The notes under the pieces were generated by a model. The model saw only the letters and a program-made list of their open reading frames with translations, made no database searches and was not told where the DNA came from. Shown here one piece after another: positions 1 to 9,345 of a DNA stretch of 64,000 bases; within the stretch, counting starts at the first letter, position 1, and every line of letters begins with the position of its first letter. A program made the translations under genes and the position numbers. Source of the stretch: an uncultured bacterium (GTDB lineage: Bacteria > Planctomycetota > UBA1135 > GCA-002686595); NCBI GenBank assembly GCA_943787795.1, contig CALSNU010000003.1:96001-160000 (forward strand), written 5' to 3'.

Positions 1-1
1 C

Positions 2-1402
2 GTCCTGCCCCTTCGCCTCGAGGGAGGCGTCCTGCTCGTGGCGCTCGCGGACCCGATGAACACCGCGGTGCTCGAGGACCTCTCCTTCACCACCGGCTAC
101 GAGACCCGCGCCGTGGTCGCGGACGGGGAGCTGATCCGCTCCCTGGTCCTGGAGCTCTACGGCGAGGAGTCCACGCTGGCGGACGCCATCGCGGACGCAG
201 CCAACGCCTCGATTGGCGGCGACGCCGAGAGCGCCGCCCAGAGCAAGCCGGTGGTGCGGCTGCTCAACTCCATCCTGCACCGCGCGATTCGCGACCGTGC
301 GAGCGACGTGCACTTCGAGGTGTACGAGGACGTGTTCCGCATCCGGTACCGCGTCGATGGTTCGCTCTACGAGGTCGAGGCGCCGCCTCCGCACCTGGCC
401 GTGCCGCTGGTGAGCCGCATCAAGGTGATGGCCGATCTGGATATCACCGAGGGGCGGGTGCCGCAGGACGGGCGCATCGAATTGGCCATCGATGGGCGCC
501 CCGTGGACCTGCGCGTCGCGACGCTGCCAGGGGCCGCGGGTGAGGGCTGCGTGATGCGAGTGCTCGACCGCTCGGCGGTGAGCCTGGACCTCGAGGCGCT
601 GGGGTTGCAGCCCCACGACGAGGCGGCTCTGCGGGCGATGACGACGCTGCCCCACGGCATCGTGCTGGTCACCGGGCCCACGGGCTCGGGCAAGACGACC
701 ACGCTCTACGCGATGCTCTCCGAGGCCAACTCTCCGGACACGAAGATCATCACGGTGGAGGACCCGGTGGAGTACGACATCGCCGGGATCGTTCAGGTGC
801 CCATCAACGACGAGATCGGCGTCACCTACGCGAGCGTGCTGCGCTCGATCCTGCGCCAGGATCCAGACAAGATCCTCGTGGGCGAGATCCGCGACAAGGA
901 GACAGGCGCCACGGCCGTGGAGGCCAGCCTGACCGGCCACACGGTGTTCGCCACCATCCACACCAACGACGCGCCCAGCACGGTGACGCGGCTCGTGGAC
1001 ATGGGGGTGGAGCCCTTCCTCATCTCGGCCACCCTTGAGTCGGTGGTGGCCCAGCGGCTCGTTCGCTCGGTCTGCTCGGACTGCCGCATCGAGTTCGAGC
1101 CAGATGAGGAAGTCCTCATGGAGCTGGGCCCTGACGCCGACCTGGTCCGGGGGCGAACGCTGTCCTACGGCAAGGGCTGCGAGAAGTGCCACCACACGGG
1201 CTATCGTGGCCGGACGGGCCTCTTCGAGATCATGACGATCGACGATGAGGTGCGCCGGCTGATCGAGGCCAACGCCTCGATCGAGGAGCTACGTGAGGCG
1301 GCGCTGAACGGCGGCATGAGGTCCCTCCGGGAGGCAGGCCTGCGGGCTGCCGCTGAGGGACGCACCACGATCGAAGAAGTCATCCGGGAGACGCTCGTCT
1401 GA
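2..1402 (+). CDS. pilB: Type IV pilus/T2SS assembly ATPase (PilB/GspE family), 5'-truncated by window edge
   Basis: Frame is open from position 2 (VLPLRLEGG...). Motifs: RASDVHFE, PQDGRI, Walker A GPTGSGKTTT, TVEDPVE, LRQDPDKILVGEIRD, TGHTVFATIHTND, tetracysteine CSDC...CEKC, GYRGR. Confidence 0.93.
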   Translation, partial: VLPLRLEGGVLLVALADPMNTAVLEDLSFTTGYETRAVVADGELIRSLVLELYGEESTLADAIADAANASIGGDAESAAQSKPVVRLLNSILHRAIRDRASDVHFEVYEDVFRIRYRVDGSLYEVEAPPPHLAVPLVSRIKVMADLDITEGRVPQDGRIELAIDGRPVDLRVATLPGAAGEGCVMRVLDRSAVSLDLEALGLQPHDEAALRAMTTLPHGIVLVTGPTGSGKTTTLYAMLSEANSPDTKIITVEDPVEYDIAGIVQVPINDEIGVTYASVLRSILRQDPDKILVGEIRDKETGATAVEASLTGHTVFATIHTNDAPSTVTRLVDMGVEPFLISATLESVVAQRLVRSVCSDCRIEFEPDEEVLMELGPDADLVRGRTLSYGKGCEKCHHTGYRGRTGLFEIMTIDDEVRRLIEANASIEELREAALNGGMRSLREAGLRAAAEGRTTIEEVIRETLV

Positions 1403-1403
1403 T

Positions 1404-2546
1404 ATGGCAAAGAGAATCCAGCGATCCACCCCCGCGCCGAAGCGGGCCCAGGTAGCCGGCGCCCCCGGGGAGGCCCCCGCGCGCAAGCGAAAGGGCGGCC
1501 GCGTGAACGCCGCCCTGGTCACCGACTTTACGGTGCAGCTCGCCACGCTCTCCGACGCGGGGATCCCCGTGGTGAAGGCCCTGACGATCCTCGAGGGGCA
1601 GACCGAACCGGGGCCGTTCAAGGACATCCTCCGTGAGATCACGGAGGACGTCTCCGGCGGAGCGCCCCTCTCGGATGCCCTGGCGAAGCACGACAAGGTC
1701 TTCGACACCCTCTACTCGTCGATGGTCCGCGCGGGCGAGGTCGGCGGCGTGCTGGACCGCGTGCTCGATCGCCTCGCCGAATTCCGCGAGAAGGCCGCCG
1801 ATATCCGCTCGAAGATCAAGCAGGCGGTCATCTATCCGACGATCCTGATCATGGTCTCGGTGGTCGTCGTGTCCGCGGTGATCATCTTCGTGATCCCGAC
1901 CTTCGATGAGATCTTCAAGAGCTTCGATGTCGACCTCCCTGAGCCGACGCTGATCCTCCTCGGCCTCAGCGGCTTCATGACGTCGTACTGGTACCTCGTC
2001 TTCGGTGTGCCGGCGCTCGCCTTCGTCGGGCACAAGGTTGCGATCGGTCGGAACCGTGGGTACCGGCGGGGTTGGCACGCCGTCCTGCTGAAGATTCCGT
2101 TCCTCGGGACGGTGCTGAACCGCTCGATGACGGCCATGTTCGCCCGCACCTTTGGGACGCTCGTTCAGGCCGGCGTACCTCACCTCGACGCCCTCGGGAT
2201 CGTCCGGGACGCGAGCGGTAATGAGGTCCTGGTGGACGCCGTCGAGGACATCCGCCGGACCGTCCGCGAGGGTGAAGGCATCGCGCGCCCGATGGGTGAG
2301 ACCGGGCTCTTCGATGACGTCGTCACCAACATGGTGGACGTCGGTGAAGAGACGGGGGAGCTCGACTCGATGCTCCTCAAGGTCGCGGACGCCTATGATG
2401 AACAGGTGGACAGGAAGCTCGCGGCGCTCTTCAAGGTGCTTGAGCCGGCCATCCTGGTGCTCATGGCGGTGTTGATCGGCGGGCTCGTGGTCGCGCTCAT
2501 CTTGCCTTTGACGGAGATGATGAGCACCATCGGCTCACAGGGCTGA
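1404..2546 (+). CDS. pilC: Type IV pilus/T2SS inner-membrane platform protein (PilC/GspF family)
   Basis: FTVQLATLSDAGIP, SMVRAGEVGGVL, AVIYP, MVDVGEETGELDSML and LEP motifs; directly downstream of pilB. Confidence 0.92.
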   Translation: MAKRIQRSTPAPKRAQVAGAPGEAPARKRKGGRVNAALVTDFTVQLATLSDAGIPVVKALTILEGQTEPGPFKDILREITEDVSGGAPLSDALAKHDKVFDTLYSSMVRAGEVGGVLDRVLDRLAEFREKAADIRSKIKQAVIYPTILIMVSVVVVSAVIIFVIPTFDEIFKSFDVDLPEPTLILLGLSGFMTSYWYLVFGVPALAFVGHKVAIGRNRGYRRGWHAVLLKIPFLGTVLNRSMTAMFARTFGTLVQAGVPHLDALGIVRDASGNEVLVDAVEDIRRTVREGEGIARPMGETGLFDDVVTNMVDVGEETGELDSMLLKVADAYDEQVDRKLAALFKVLEPAILVLMAVLIGGLVVALILPLTEMMSTIGSQG

Positions 2547-2582
2547 GCGGCTCTCAGCTGCCCTCCCTCCCAGAGAAAGACG

Positions 2583-4232
2583 TTGGACCCAGAACAAAGA
2601 TCAGACTTCCAGCCCCCCTCTCGCTCGCTTGCGGGGGAGCCGAGCAACGGCCGACCGGGGCTTCCCTGGCGCCGTTCGATTCGCGGTCCGATCGCTGCGG
2701 CGGTCATCGTCGCCAACCTGGTCTCCTTCGCTGTGCTGGCCGCCCTCAACGAGGCCGCTGCTCGGTCCGATCGTGAGGTGATCGCCTACGACTACTCCCT
2801 GCAACTGAGCGCCTTCCTCGATGACGTGGTCGTTGGGGTTCGCCTCCGGCCCGACGCCGTGATGGGCTGGAACGGCTGGAGGAACTTTGACGATGTCATC
2901 GTGGCCCAGGCGCCGGAGGAGCTGTCCGATGGAACCTTCGACGTGGCGGGCGTCTACTTGAACCCCCTCGGGCGCGCGCAGAGGCCCGCTGACTTCAGGG
3001 AGGACGAGGCGCTGCGGATGATGTCGCAGGCGGTCAAAGGGCGAGCGCTGGTGAGCAACAGCTTCGGCGCCGCGGCGCCGGTGCTGACCAATAACGGGGT
3101 CGCGTGGGGGGCGGCGTGGTTCCGGATCTCGCCCATCCAGTTTGCGGCGTCCCGGACCCGTGAGCTCGTGCCGGCCTTTCTGCTGGTGCTCGCAGGTGTC
3201 ACCTTGAGCACCCTGGTGCTGCTGCGGCGGACGGTCCTGGACCCCGTCGCGGGGCTCGCACGAGCAGCCGGTCGTCTGGAGTCCGGCGACCTCTCCGCGC
3301 GAGCCCTCGCGCGGGGCCGGCAGGAGGATGAGCTCGGCGGACTCGTCGGGACGTTCAACGCGATGGCGGCTCGCCTGGAGCGCTACAACCGCGACCTCGA
3401 GGTGGCCGTTCAGGAGGCCACGGAGCGGGTCAGGAGCGCCGAGGCGGCGGCGATGACGCAGCGCCGCCTGGCGGCCACCGGCGAGCTCGCAGCAGGGATC
3501 GCCCACGAGCTGAACAACCCGCTGGGCGGGCTCGCGAACGCGGTCGAGGCGCTCAAGCGGGAGGACCTCCCGACCGCGCGGCGTCGGGAGTACCTCGAGC
3601 TGGTGAGCGGCGGACTGCAGCGCATGGGGGAGACGGTCGGCCGGCTCCTGCGGCTCTCTCCACGGGAGGCGACGCTCGAGGAGATGCGCGTGGATCGACC
3701 CCTCGCCGACTCGCTGGGCCTGATTCGCCACCGGGCGGAACGGCTCGGAGTACAGCTCGAACTCCAGCTGGAGTCGAGCGCAGGTAAGGAGGTCCTCGAC
3801 CCCTTCCTGCCTGCATCTATGGAGCGGATCCGGGGCCTTCCCGTGCTCCGCGGCGCGGCGAACGAGCTGGGCCAGGTCTTCCTGAACCTGTTCGTCAACT
3901 CGCTGGACGCGATCGAGGGGGGCCGTGAGAGCGGGAGCCTCCCGGCGACCCGCGGGTGCATCTCCGTGGAGCTTGGGCTGACCGACGCAGGGGGAGTCCG
4001 GCTGGTCTTCGAGGACGATGGTCCCGGCGTCGGGGCAGAGGTCCTGGAGCGGGCCGCCGATCCCTTCTTCACGACGAAGGAGCAGGGCAAGGGCACAGGC
4101 CTGGGGCTCGCCATGGTCCACAACGTGGTTGCGGCCCACGGCGGGCGCGTCCTCGTCTCCAGCGTCGAGGGCGAGGGCTTCCGCGTGGCGATCGAGCTGC
4201 CTGTTCATCGAGCGGGGGGGGCGGCGTCGTGA
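2583..4232 (+). CDS. Membrane sensor histidine kinase with HAMP domain
   Basis: Two TM segments, HAMP (DELGGLVGTFNAM), H-box AGIAHELNNPL, N-box QVFLNLFVNSLDA, DDGPG, PFFTTK, GTGLGL. Start codon uncertain (TTG). Confidence 0.9.
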   Translation: MDPEQRSDFQPPSRSLAGEPSNGRPGLPWRRSIRGPIAAAVIVANLVSFAVLAALNEAAARSDREVIAYDYSLQLSAFLDDVVVGVRLRPDAVMGWNGWRNFDDVIVAQAPEELSDGTFDVAGVYLNPLGRAQRPADFREDEALRMMSQAVKGRALVSNSFGAAAPVLTNNGVAWGAAWFRISPIQFAASRTRELVPAFLLVLAGVTLSTLVLLRRTVLDPVAGLARAAGRLESGDLSARALARGRQEDELGGLVGTFNAMAARLERYNRDLEVAVQEATERVRSAEAAAMTQRRLAATGELAAGIAHELNNPLGGLANAVEALKREDLPTARRREYLELVSGGLQRMGETVGRLLRLSPREATLEEMRVDRPLADSLGLIRHRAERLGVQLELQLESSAGKEVLDPFLPASMERIRGLPVLRGAANELGQVFLNLFVNSLDAIEGGRESGSLPATRGCISVELGLTDAGGVRLVFEDDGPGVGAEVLERAADPFFTTKEQGKGTGLGLAMVHNVVAAHGGRVLVSSVEGEGFRVAIELPVHRAGGAAS

Positions 4233-5518
4233 TCTGGGTCTCGATCATGCTCCTCGTGCTGGTCTCGGGCACCCTCAGCAGCTCGGAGACGGCGCTGTTC
4301 AAGCTGGATGAGAGCGAGCGTGCCCTCGCGTCGCCCAGGGTCCGCCGCCTCCTGGAGGACCCGCGGTCGCTGCTGGTCACCATCCTGCTCGGCAACCTCA
4401 TCGTCAACCTGGCGTTCTTTGCCGTGGCCCCCACGGCCCTCGGGCAGCTGATCGAGACCTCGGGTGGGCTCTCTGCCGACGAGGCCTCCTTCGCGGGGGG
4501 CTTCGGGGCGCTGGTGATCCTGCTGATCAGCGGCGAGATCCTCCCCAAGGCCGTGGCCCTCAGGGCGCCGCGGGCGGTGGCGCGGCTGACCTCGGCGCCC
4601 GTCACCGTGGTGGTTCGCGCCCTCGGGCCGGCACGCCAGCTCGTGAGCGGTGCGCTGGAGTTCTCCCGGCGCCTGATCGGAGAGGACGAGCGCTCGGAGA
4701 AGGGGGTCACGCCGGAGGCGCTCGCGGAGGTCCTCGAGAGGAGCCGCAGCGAGGGCGTCCTCGCGGCCAAGGAGGCGAACCTGCTCGGCGAGATCGTGGA
4801 GCTGGAGCGGCTTCGAGTCGGCGAGGCGATGACGCCGCGGGTCGACCTCGTCATGTTCGACCTCGCGGAGGAGGACGGCTCGGCCGAGCGGCAGCGGGTG
4901 CTGGACGAGGCGCGACGCGGCCGGATGACATGGGTCCCAGCGATTCGTGGGGGCGCCGACCACGTCGCGGGCGGGATCGGTGTCCGCGACCTGCTGCTGG
5001 CTCCGGGAAGGGATCCCGAGGAGCTCGTGATGCCGGTCAAGCTCGTGCCCGAGGTCGCGCGGCTCGGGGCGCTGCTGATGGACTTCCACCTCGACCGGGT
5101 CTCCGAGGCCGTGGTCATCGACGAGTGGGGGGGGACCGCGGGGGTCGTCACCCTTGAGGACGTCTTCGAGGAGCTGGTCGGTGAGCTGCGCGTCGAGGGC
5201 GAGGAGAAGGCTCCGGAGATCGTCGGCGTGGGTGAGGGGCGCTTCCGGGTCTCGGGGAGCCTCTCTGTCCGTGATTGGAATGACTCCTTCGGGCTTCAGG
5301 TGGTGCCCGCGGCCTTCGAGACGGTTGGCGGATTCGTGAGCGCCGTGCTCGGGCGTATTCCGAAGGCCGGCGATGAGGTTGATCTCGGCGCTGGCCTGAC
5401 GGGGGTCATCGACGAGGTCCGCGGCCGCCGAGTGGTGACGTTGACCCTCATGAGCCGGCAGGGCGAAGCCCTCGTGGGCGGCGATCGGGGCCGGGACGAT
5501 CGGGAGTTGAGCTCATGA
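4229..5518 (+). CDS. CNNM/hemolysin-family (DUF21-CBS-CorC/HlyC) membrane protein
   Basis: GTG start overlaps the kinase stop (GTGA). Motifs SSSETALF, TILLGN, GEILPK, MTPRVD, IDEWGGTAGVVTLEDVFEELVGE and ETVGG. Confidence 0.88.
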   Translation: MIWVSIMLLVLVSGTLSSSETALFKLDESERALASPRVRRLLEDPRSLLVTILLGNLIVNLAFFAVAPTALGQLIETSGGLSADEASFAGGFGALVILLISGEILPKAVALRAPRAVARLTSAPVTVVVRALGPARQLVSGALEFSRRLIGEDERSEKGVTPEALAEVLERSRSEGVLAAKEANLLGEIVELERLRVGEAMTPRVDLVMFDLAEEDGSAERQRVLDEARRGRMTWVPAIRGGADHVAGGIGVRDLLLAPGRDPEELVMPVKLVPEVARLGALLMDFHLDRVSEAVVIDEWGGTAGVVTLEDVFEELVGELRVEGEEKAPEIVGVGEGRFRVSGSLSVRDWNDSFGLQVVPAAFETVGGFVSAVLGRIPKAGDEVDLGAGLTGVIDEVRGRRVVTLTLMSRQGEALVGGDRGRDDRELSS

Positions 5519-6555
5519 GCATCCTCGTGGAATCCGCGCTCCTGCTCCTCCTCGTGGGCCTGAGCGCCACCTACTCCGGGTCGGAGACGGGCTTCTACAG
5601 CCTCTCCTCCGTGCAGGTCGACATCGACGCGCGGAGTGGCTCGCGCCGCGCCGTGCTGATGCGCTGGCTGCTGAGGAACGAGAGCGCGCTGCTGATCACC
5701 ATCTTGATCGGCAATAACCTCGCGCTCGAGCTCGCCACCCACGTGGCCGAGTCGATGACGGTGCAGCTGACCGGCTCGCACGACCCTGCGACGATCGCGC
5801 TCGTCGTCACCGCTGCGCTGACCCCGCTCGTCTTCCTGTTCGGTGAGGCCCTCCCCAAGGACGTCTTCCGGCAGCGGCCCCACGGCACCACGGCGCTGGT
5901 GGTGCCGATCATCGCCTTCTCGAGGATCCTCTTTTGGCCCCTGGAGCGAGCGCTGCGCCTGGTGACGCTGGCCCTGGAGCGGCTCCTTGGGCTCGGCGCA
6001 GAGGTGACCGCGCCCGTCGGCGGACGGGCTGCCGTGCTGGGCTTCATCGCCGAGGGGCGCCGACATGGGGTCCTCTCCCAGCGGGCGGAGGCCCTCGCCG
6101 CCAACGCCCTGCGCCTCCGCGCGATCCCGGTCTCCGAGAGCATGGTGCCCTGGGGGGAGGTCGCGGTCCTCGACCGGGGGGCGGCCAGAGAAGACCTCTT
6201 CAAGAGGGTGCGCGAGTCTCGCTTCTCGCGTCTCCCGGTCCTGGAGGACCAGGGGGGGCTGCTGCGGATCGAGGGCTACGTCCACCAGATGGAGATCCTC
6301 CACCGCGGGCACGCCCTGGGAGAGGAGGGCGAGCTGCCGGATGTGCTGGAGCAGATCAGGCCCCTACCGCGCCTCGCCCGGGATGTCCCGGTGGATCGGG
6401 CGCTGAACACCTTCGCGGCCAGCGGGCGGCGGATCGCCCTGGTGGTCACGGAGGACGTGGCCGGAGACTCTGGCCCGCTCCCCCGGGAGGCCATCCTCGG
6501 CCTCGTCTCGGTCAACGACCTCCTCGAGCGGATCTCCCACGAGGTGGTCCGGTGA
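5515..6555 (+). CDS. Second CNNM (DUF21-CBS) membrane protein, lacking the C-terminal CorC domain
   Basis: YSGSETGFYS, TILIGNN, FGEALPK, FSRLPV, GLVSVNDLLE; ATGA overlap with the upstream gene. Confidence 0.85.
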   Translation: MSILVESALLLLLVGLSATYSGSETGFYSLSSVQVDIDARSGSRRAVLMRWLLRNESALLITILIGNNLALELATHVAESMTVQLTGSHDPATIALVVTAALTPLVFLFGEALPKDVFRQRPHGTTALVVPIIAFSRILFWPLERALRLVTLALERLLGLGAEVTAPVGGRAAVLGFIAEGRRHGVLSQRAEALAANALRLRAIPVSESMVPWGEVAVLDRGAAREDLFKRVRESRFSRLPVLEDQGGLLRIEGYVHQMEILHRGHALGEEGELPDVLEQIRPLPRLARDVPVDRALNTFAASGRRIALVVTEDVAGDSGPLPREAILGLVSVNDLLERISHEVVR

Positions 6556-6612
6556 GCGGATTTTGCCGGAGCATGGCCGCAACCCGGTGTTCCCGTTAGG
6601 CTAGGCGCCGAT

Positions 6613-7077
6613 ATGCAGTCACACGAGTCGACCGAGAAAGATCTCCGCGCCGGGTCCGGCAGGGCCCAGCGGATTGCCTGGTTCGCTGCGGGCGCGGTGG
6701 CGTCCTGCGCGTCCCTCATGCTGCTCGGGCCTGCGATCGCGAGCCCCGGGCCCCAGGAGACGACAGTGGTTCGCCCCGTCCCGATGGGCGCGAGCGGGAT
6801 GGCTGCCGATTCCAACAACCGGATGATCGCGGTGACGGGCGTCGACATCACGGGCCAGTCCGTGCTCTACGTCATCGACTCGGTGAACCCGCACCTCGCC
6901 GTGTACCAGGCTTCGGGCGGAGCGTCGGGTACCCAGAACATCAAGCTCGTCGCGGCCCGCAGGATCGACCTCGACCTGCAGCTCGACGGGTTCAACGACA
7001 AGACCACGCTGGACGGTCGCCCTCTTCCCTACAAGGAACTCGAAGCACGCTTCGACGTGGAAGTGGACGAACGTTAG
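6613..7077 (+). CDS. Hypothetical membrane-anchored/secreted protein
   Basis: N-terminal hydrophobic segment, GC3-biased codons, beta-rich body (LYVIDS...LAVY...KLVAARRIDLDL). Confidence 0.6.
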   Translation: MQSHESTEKDLRAGSGRAQRIAWFAAGAVASCASLMLLGPAIASPGPQETTVVRPVPMGASGMAADSNNRMIAVTGVDITGQSVLYVIDSVNPHLAVYQASGGASGTQNIKLVAARRIDLDLQLDGFNDKTTLDGRPLPYKELEARFDVEVDER

Positions 7078-7193
7078 CAAGGGAGTATTCGCTCCCCCTC
7101 GATTCCCCGGATCCGGTTGTACCGGACCAGACCCCCGGTAGGACGGCGCTCGCGCCCAGTCCTGCCCCAGAGCCCCCCCAATAAGGAGTGCCC

Positions 7194-7799
7194 GTGGCCG
7201 ACGATTTCTACAGCTTCGATGAAGCCCTCGACGAACTGAAGCTCAAGGAAGAAGAGCTCAAGCGACTTGTGTCGGAGGGCGAGCTCCGCGCCTTCCGGAA
7301 GGGAGACACCATGAAGATCCGCCGCGCGGACGTGGAACTCCTTCGCTCCGAGCTGGACTCCGACGTCGCGGATCTCGACGAGACCGTGGAGGAGCTCGTC
7401 TTCGAGGACGATTCCGACCTCGACGCGGACGCCGGAATGGCCACGCAGGAGCTCGACGTCGAGACCCTTGTGGACGATCCCGAGCCCATCGAGTCGGCGC
7501 CGACCTCGCGGAGCAGCTCTTCTGCACGGCCGGTCAAGCGCACCGCAGCGGCAGCGTCCATGGAGGACGATGAGGATCTGGAGCCGGCCTGGTTGACGGG
7601 CATGCTCATGATCTCTTCCCTGATGCTGTTGCTCGCCGCTCCGATTCTGCTCTCGCTCTCGACCGGCAACGCAGGTGGCCTCGCCAAGGGCGTCGCCGGC
7701 ATGTTCGGGGCCGAGTTCGATCAAGCGAACATGGCTCCGGCCGCGACCGCGGACGCTGACGCGACGGACGCTGACGCTGACGCCTCGGACGCCGAGTAA
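7194..7799 (+). CDS. Excisionase-like HTH protein with acidic linker and one C-terminal TM helix
   Basis: SD AAGGAG then GTG at 7194. N-terminus FYSFDEALDELKLKEEELKRLVSEGELRAFR is HTH_17-like, followed by a D/E-rich linker and TM LMISSLMLLLAAPILL. Confidence 0.7.
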   Translation: MADDFYSFDEALDELKLKEEELKRLVSEGELRAFRKGDTMKIRRADVELLRSELDSDVADLDETVEELVFEDDSDLDADAGMATQELDVETLVDDPEPIESAPTSRSSSSARPVKRTAAAASMEDDEDLEPAWLTGMLMISSLMLLLAAPILLSLSTGNAGGLAKGVAGMFGAEFDQANMAPAATADADATDADADASDAE

Positions 7800-7843
7800 T
7801 CGCCCCCCGGCCCGGCGATCCCGCTGGGCCGCTGTTCCGGCAC

Positions 7844-7886
7844 ATGACCCCGTCCAGACGCGCCTCACGCGTCCGGACGGGGTCAT
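7844..7886. terminator. 19-bp inverted repeat (hairpin) between convergent genes
   Basis: atgaccccgtccagacgcg-cctca-cgcgtccggacggggtcat, one mismatch; only a short T run follows. Confidence 0.55.
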
Positions 7887-7890
7887 TCCG

Positions 7891-7960
7891 TGGGCTCCGC
7901 GTTATGGGCTCCGCGTGATGGGCTCCGCGTGATGGGCTCCGCGCGGTGGGCTCCGCGCGA
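7891..7960 (+). repeat. Tandem repeat, 5 x 14 bp (TGGGCTCCGCGyNN)
   Basis: Units start at 7891, 7905, 7919, 7933 and 7947; the first 11 bp are identical in all five. Confidence 0.9.
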
Positions 7961-7974
7961 TGGACCCCCTTCCC

Positions 7975-8014
7975 CCGACGAGGCGCCCGACGAGGGGCGC
8001 CCGACGAGGGGCGA
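7975..8014 (+). repeat. Tandem repeat, 3 x 12-14 bp (CCGACGAGG(GG)CGC)
   Basis: ccgacgaggcgc ccgacgaggggcgc ccgacgaggggcga. Confidence 0.8.
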
Positions 8015-8028
8015 TCAGCCGTCTGCCA

Positions 8029-8436
8029 TCAGCGCCAGGGCTCAGCCCTGGCGGCCAGGTCACGGAGATGGACCAGCCGGGGACGAGGCTCGCCGGGATC
8101 CACCTGGACCTCGATCAGGTCAACCCGGCTGAGGCCCCGTGCGCCCCTCTGGTCTCGGGCGAGGCGGCGGGCCGCACGCTGCCGTCGCTTCAGGGCTTCC
8201 GACCTGAAGCGATGCCGAGGCATGCGTGCGGGGGACCATCCCTGTGGGGGGCGCCTGCCGGTCTTGACCTCGACGACGACCGTGACTTCGCCGTCCGTCC
8301 CGACCAGATCCAACTCGCCCTCAGGAGCTCGCAGGTTGCGATGTCTGATTCGCCACCCGAGGTCGAGGAGGGCCCGTCCGGCCAGCTCCTCGCCGATCCG
8401 GCCGAGGTGTGCGGTGCCGAGTGAGCCTCGGGTCAT
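8029..8436 (-). CDS. yraN: YraN/UPF0102 family putative endonuclease
   Basis: GRIGEELA, GWRIRHRN, GELDLV, VVEVKT and RVDLI motifs. Confidence 0.85.
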   Translation of the reverse strand: MTRGSLGTAHLGRIGEELAGRALLDLGWRIRHRNLRAPEGELDLVGTDGEVTVVVEVKTGRRPPQGWSPARMPRHRFRSEALKRRQRAARRLARDQRGARGLSRVDLIEVQVDPGEPRPRLVHLRDLAARAEPWR

Positions 8437-8603
8437 GGCGGCCCGCTCCAGCCAACGCCGCGGCGCGACGCGGAGCCAGGCGGCCCAGATGGCTTCGGAG
8501 GCACGTCCCCGCCGGTCTCCGAGCCGACGAGTCCAGGAGGCGGGAGGCCTGCGCGACGCGGTGGTCGGATGGTCGCGTGTGGCCCCGCCAGGGCGAAGGC
8601 CGC

Positions 8604-8987
8604 TCAGTCGAGGGTCTCGTTGACCGCGGCGCGGCTGTAGGTGAAGCGGGAGCCCCCGGCCGAGAGATCGATCTCGTGCTCTCGGACGGCGACCACCTCG
8701 GCGTGGAGCCCGCTGGTGGTCACGACCTTGTCGCCCTTCTTGATGGCATCCAGCATGGCCTGACGCTTCTTGCGGGCCTTCTTCTCCGGGGCAAAGAGGA
8801 CGAAGTAGAGGACAGCACCCATGGCCAGGAAGGGGAGCATCCCGCCGAAGAGCGAGGGCGCCTCGGCGTCCATGTCCCCGCCGTCAGGGCTCGGCGGCCC
8901 GATCACGGAGGTCTCTTCGGTGGAGGGCTGGCTCTCCTGGAAGAAGGTGAACGGGACGGGGCTGTTGGGGGCGGAGGGCGCAGTCAT
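8604..8987 (-). CDS. yajC: Preprotein translocase subunit YajC
   Basis: Single TM then FAPEKKARKKRQAMLDAIKKGDKVVTTSGLHAEV. ATG at 8987 chosen instead of the longer ORF-track start. Confidence 0.9.
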   Translation of the reverse strand: MTAPSAPNSPVPFTFFQESQPSTEETSVIGPPSPDGGDMDAEAPSLFGGMLPFLAMGAVLYFVLFAPEKKARKKRQAMLDAIKKGDKVVTTSGLHAEVVAVREHEIDLSAGGSRFTYSRAAVNETLD

Positions 8988-9345
8988 GGGTGAAGGCTGA
9001 TTCGTCAGTGAGGTCTGCCCCCCTGGGAAGCCCCAGGGGGCGGACCAGAGGGTGGAGCGAGGGGTGGACCAGAGAGAGGGCCAGGGTGAGTGGCAGAGTG
9101 AGCGGCAGTGGGCGGCCGAAGGGGAGGCCGATGATCGGGGCCAGGGGCCAGGCAGCGCGGCTGCCGGATGGAGATCCAGCGGGATCAGGTAGTGCCCCAC
9201 CGGGCCCGGCCCAGATTGTGGTGCGCCGTGGTGGCGGTGGCAGAGCGCGAAAGTGGATCTCTGAGCGGCGCAGGAGAGATCCGGGGGGCTGGAGCCTAAT
9301 AGGATGGGGGCCCCCGCCGAAAGGGCGGCGCCCCCAGCCCTCGCC

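Noticed and set aside
7891..7960. Possible CRISPR array
   Set aside because: Units are contiguous 14-mers without unique spacers, and no cas genes are present.
8437..8603. Possible structured ncRNA (SRP, 6S, riboswitch) in this and other intergenic gaps (27500-27719, 31212-31532)
   Set aside because: No diagnostic conserved motifs recognised by eye; an Rfam/Infernal scan would be needed.
9040..9135. Purine-rich, roughly 12-bp quasi-periodic tract upstream of yajC
   Set aside because: Too degenerate to define a repeat unit; no supportable function.
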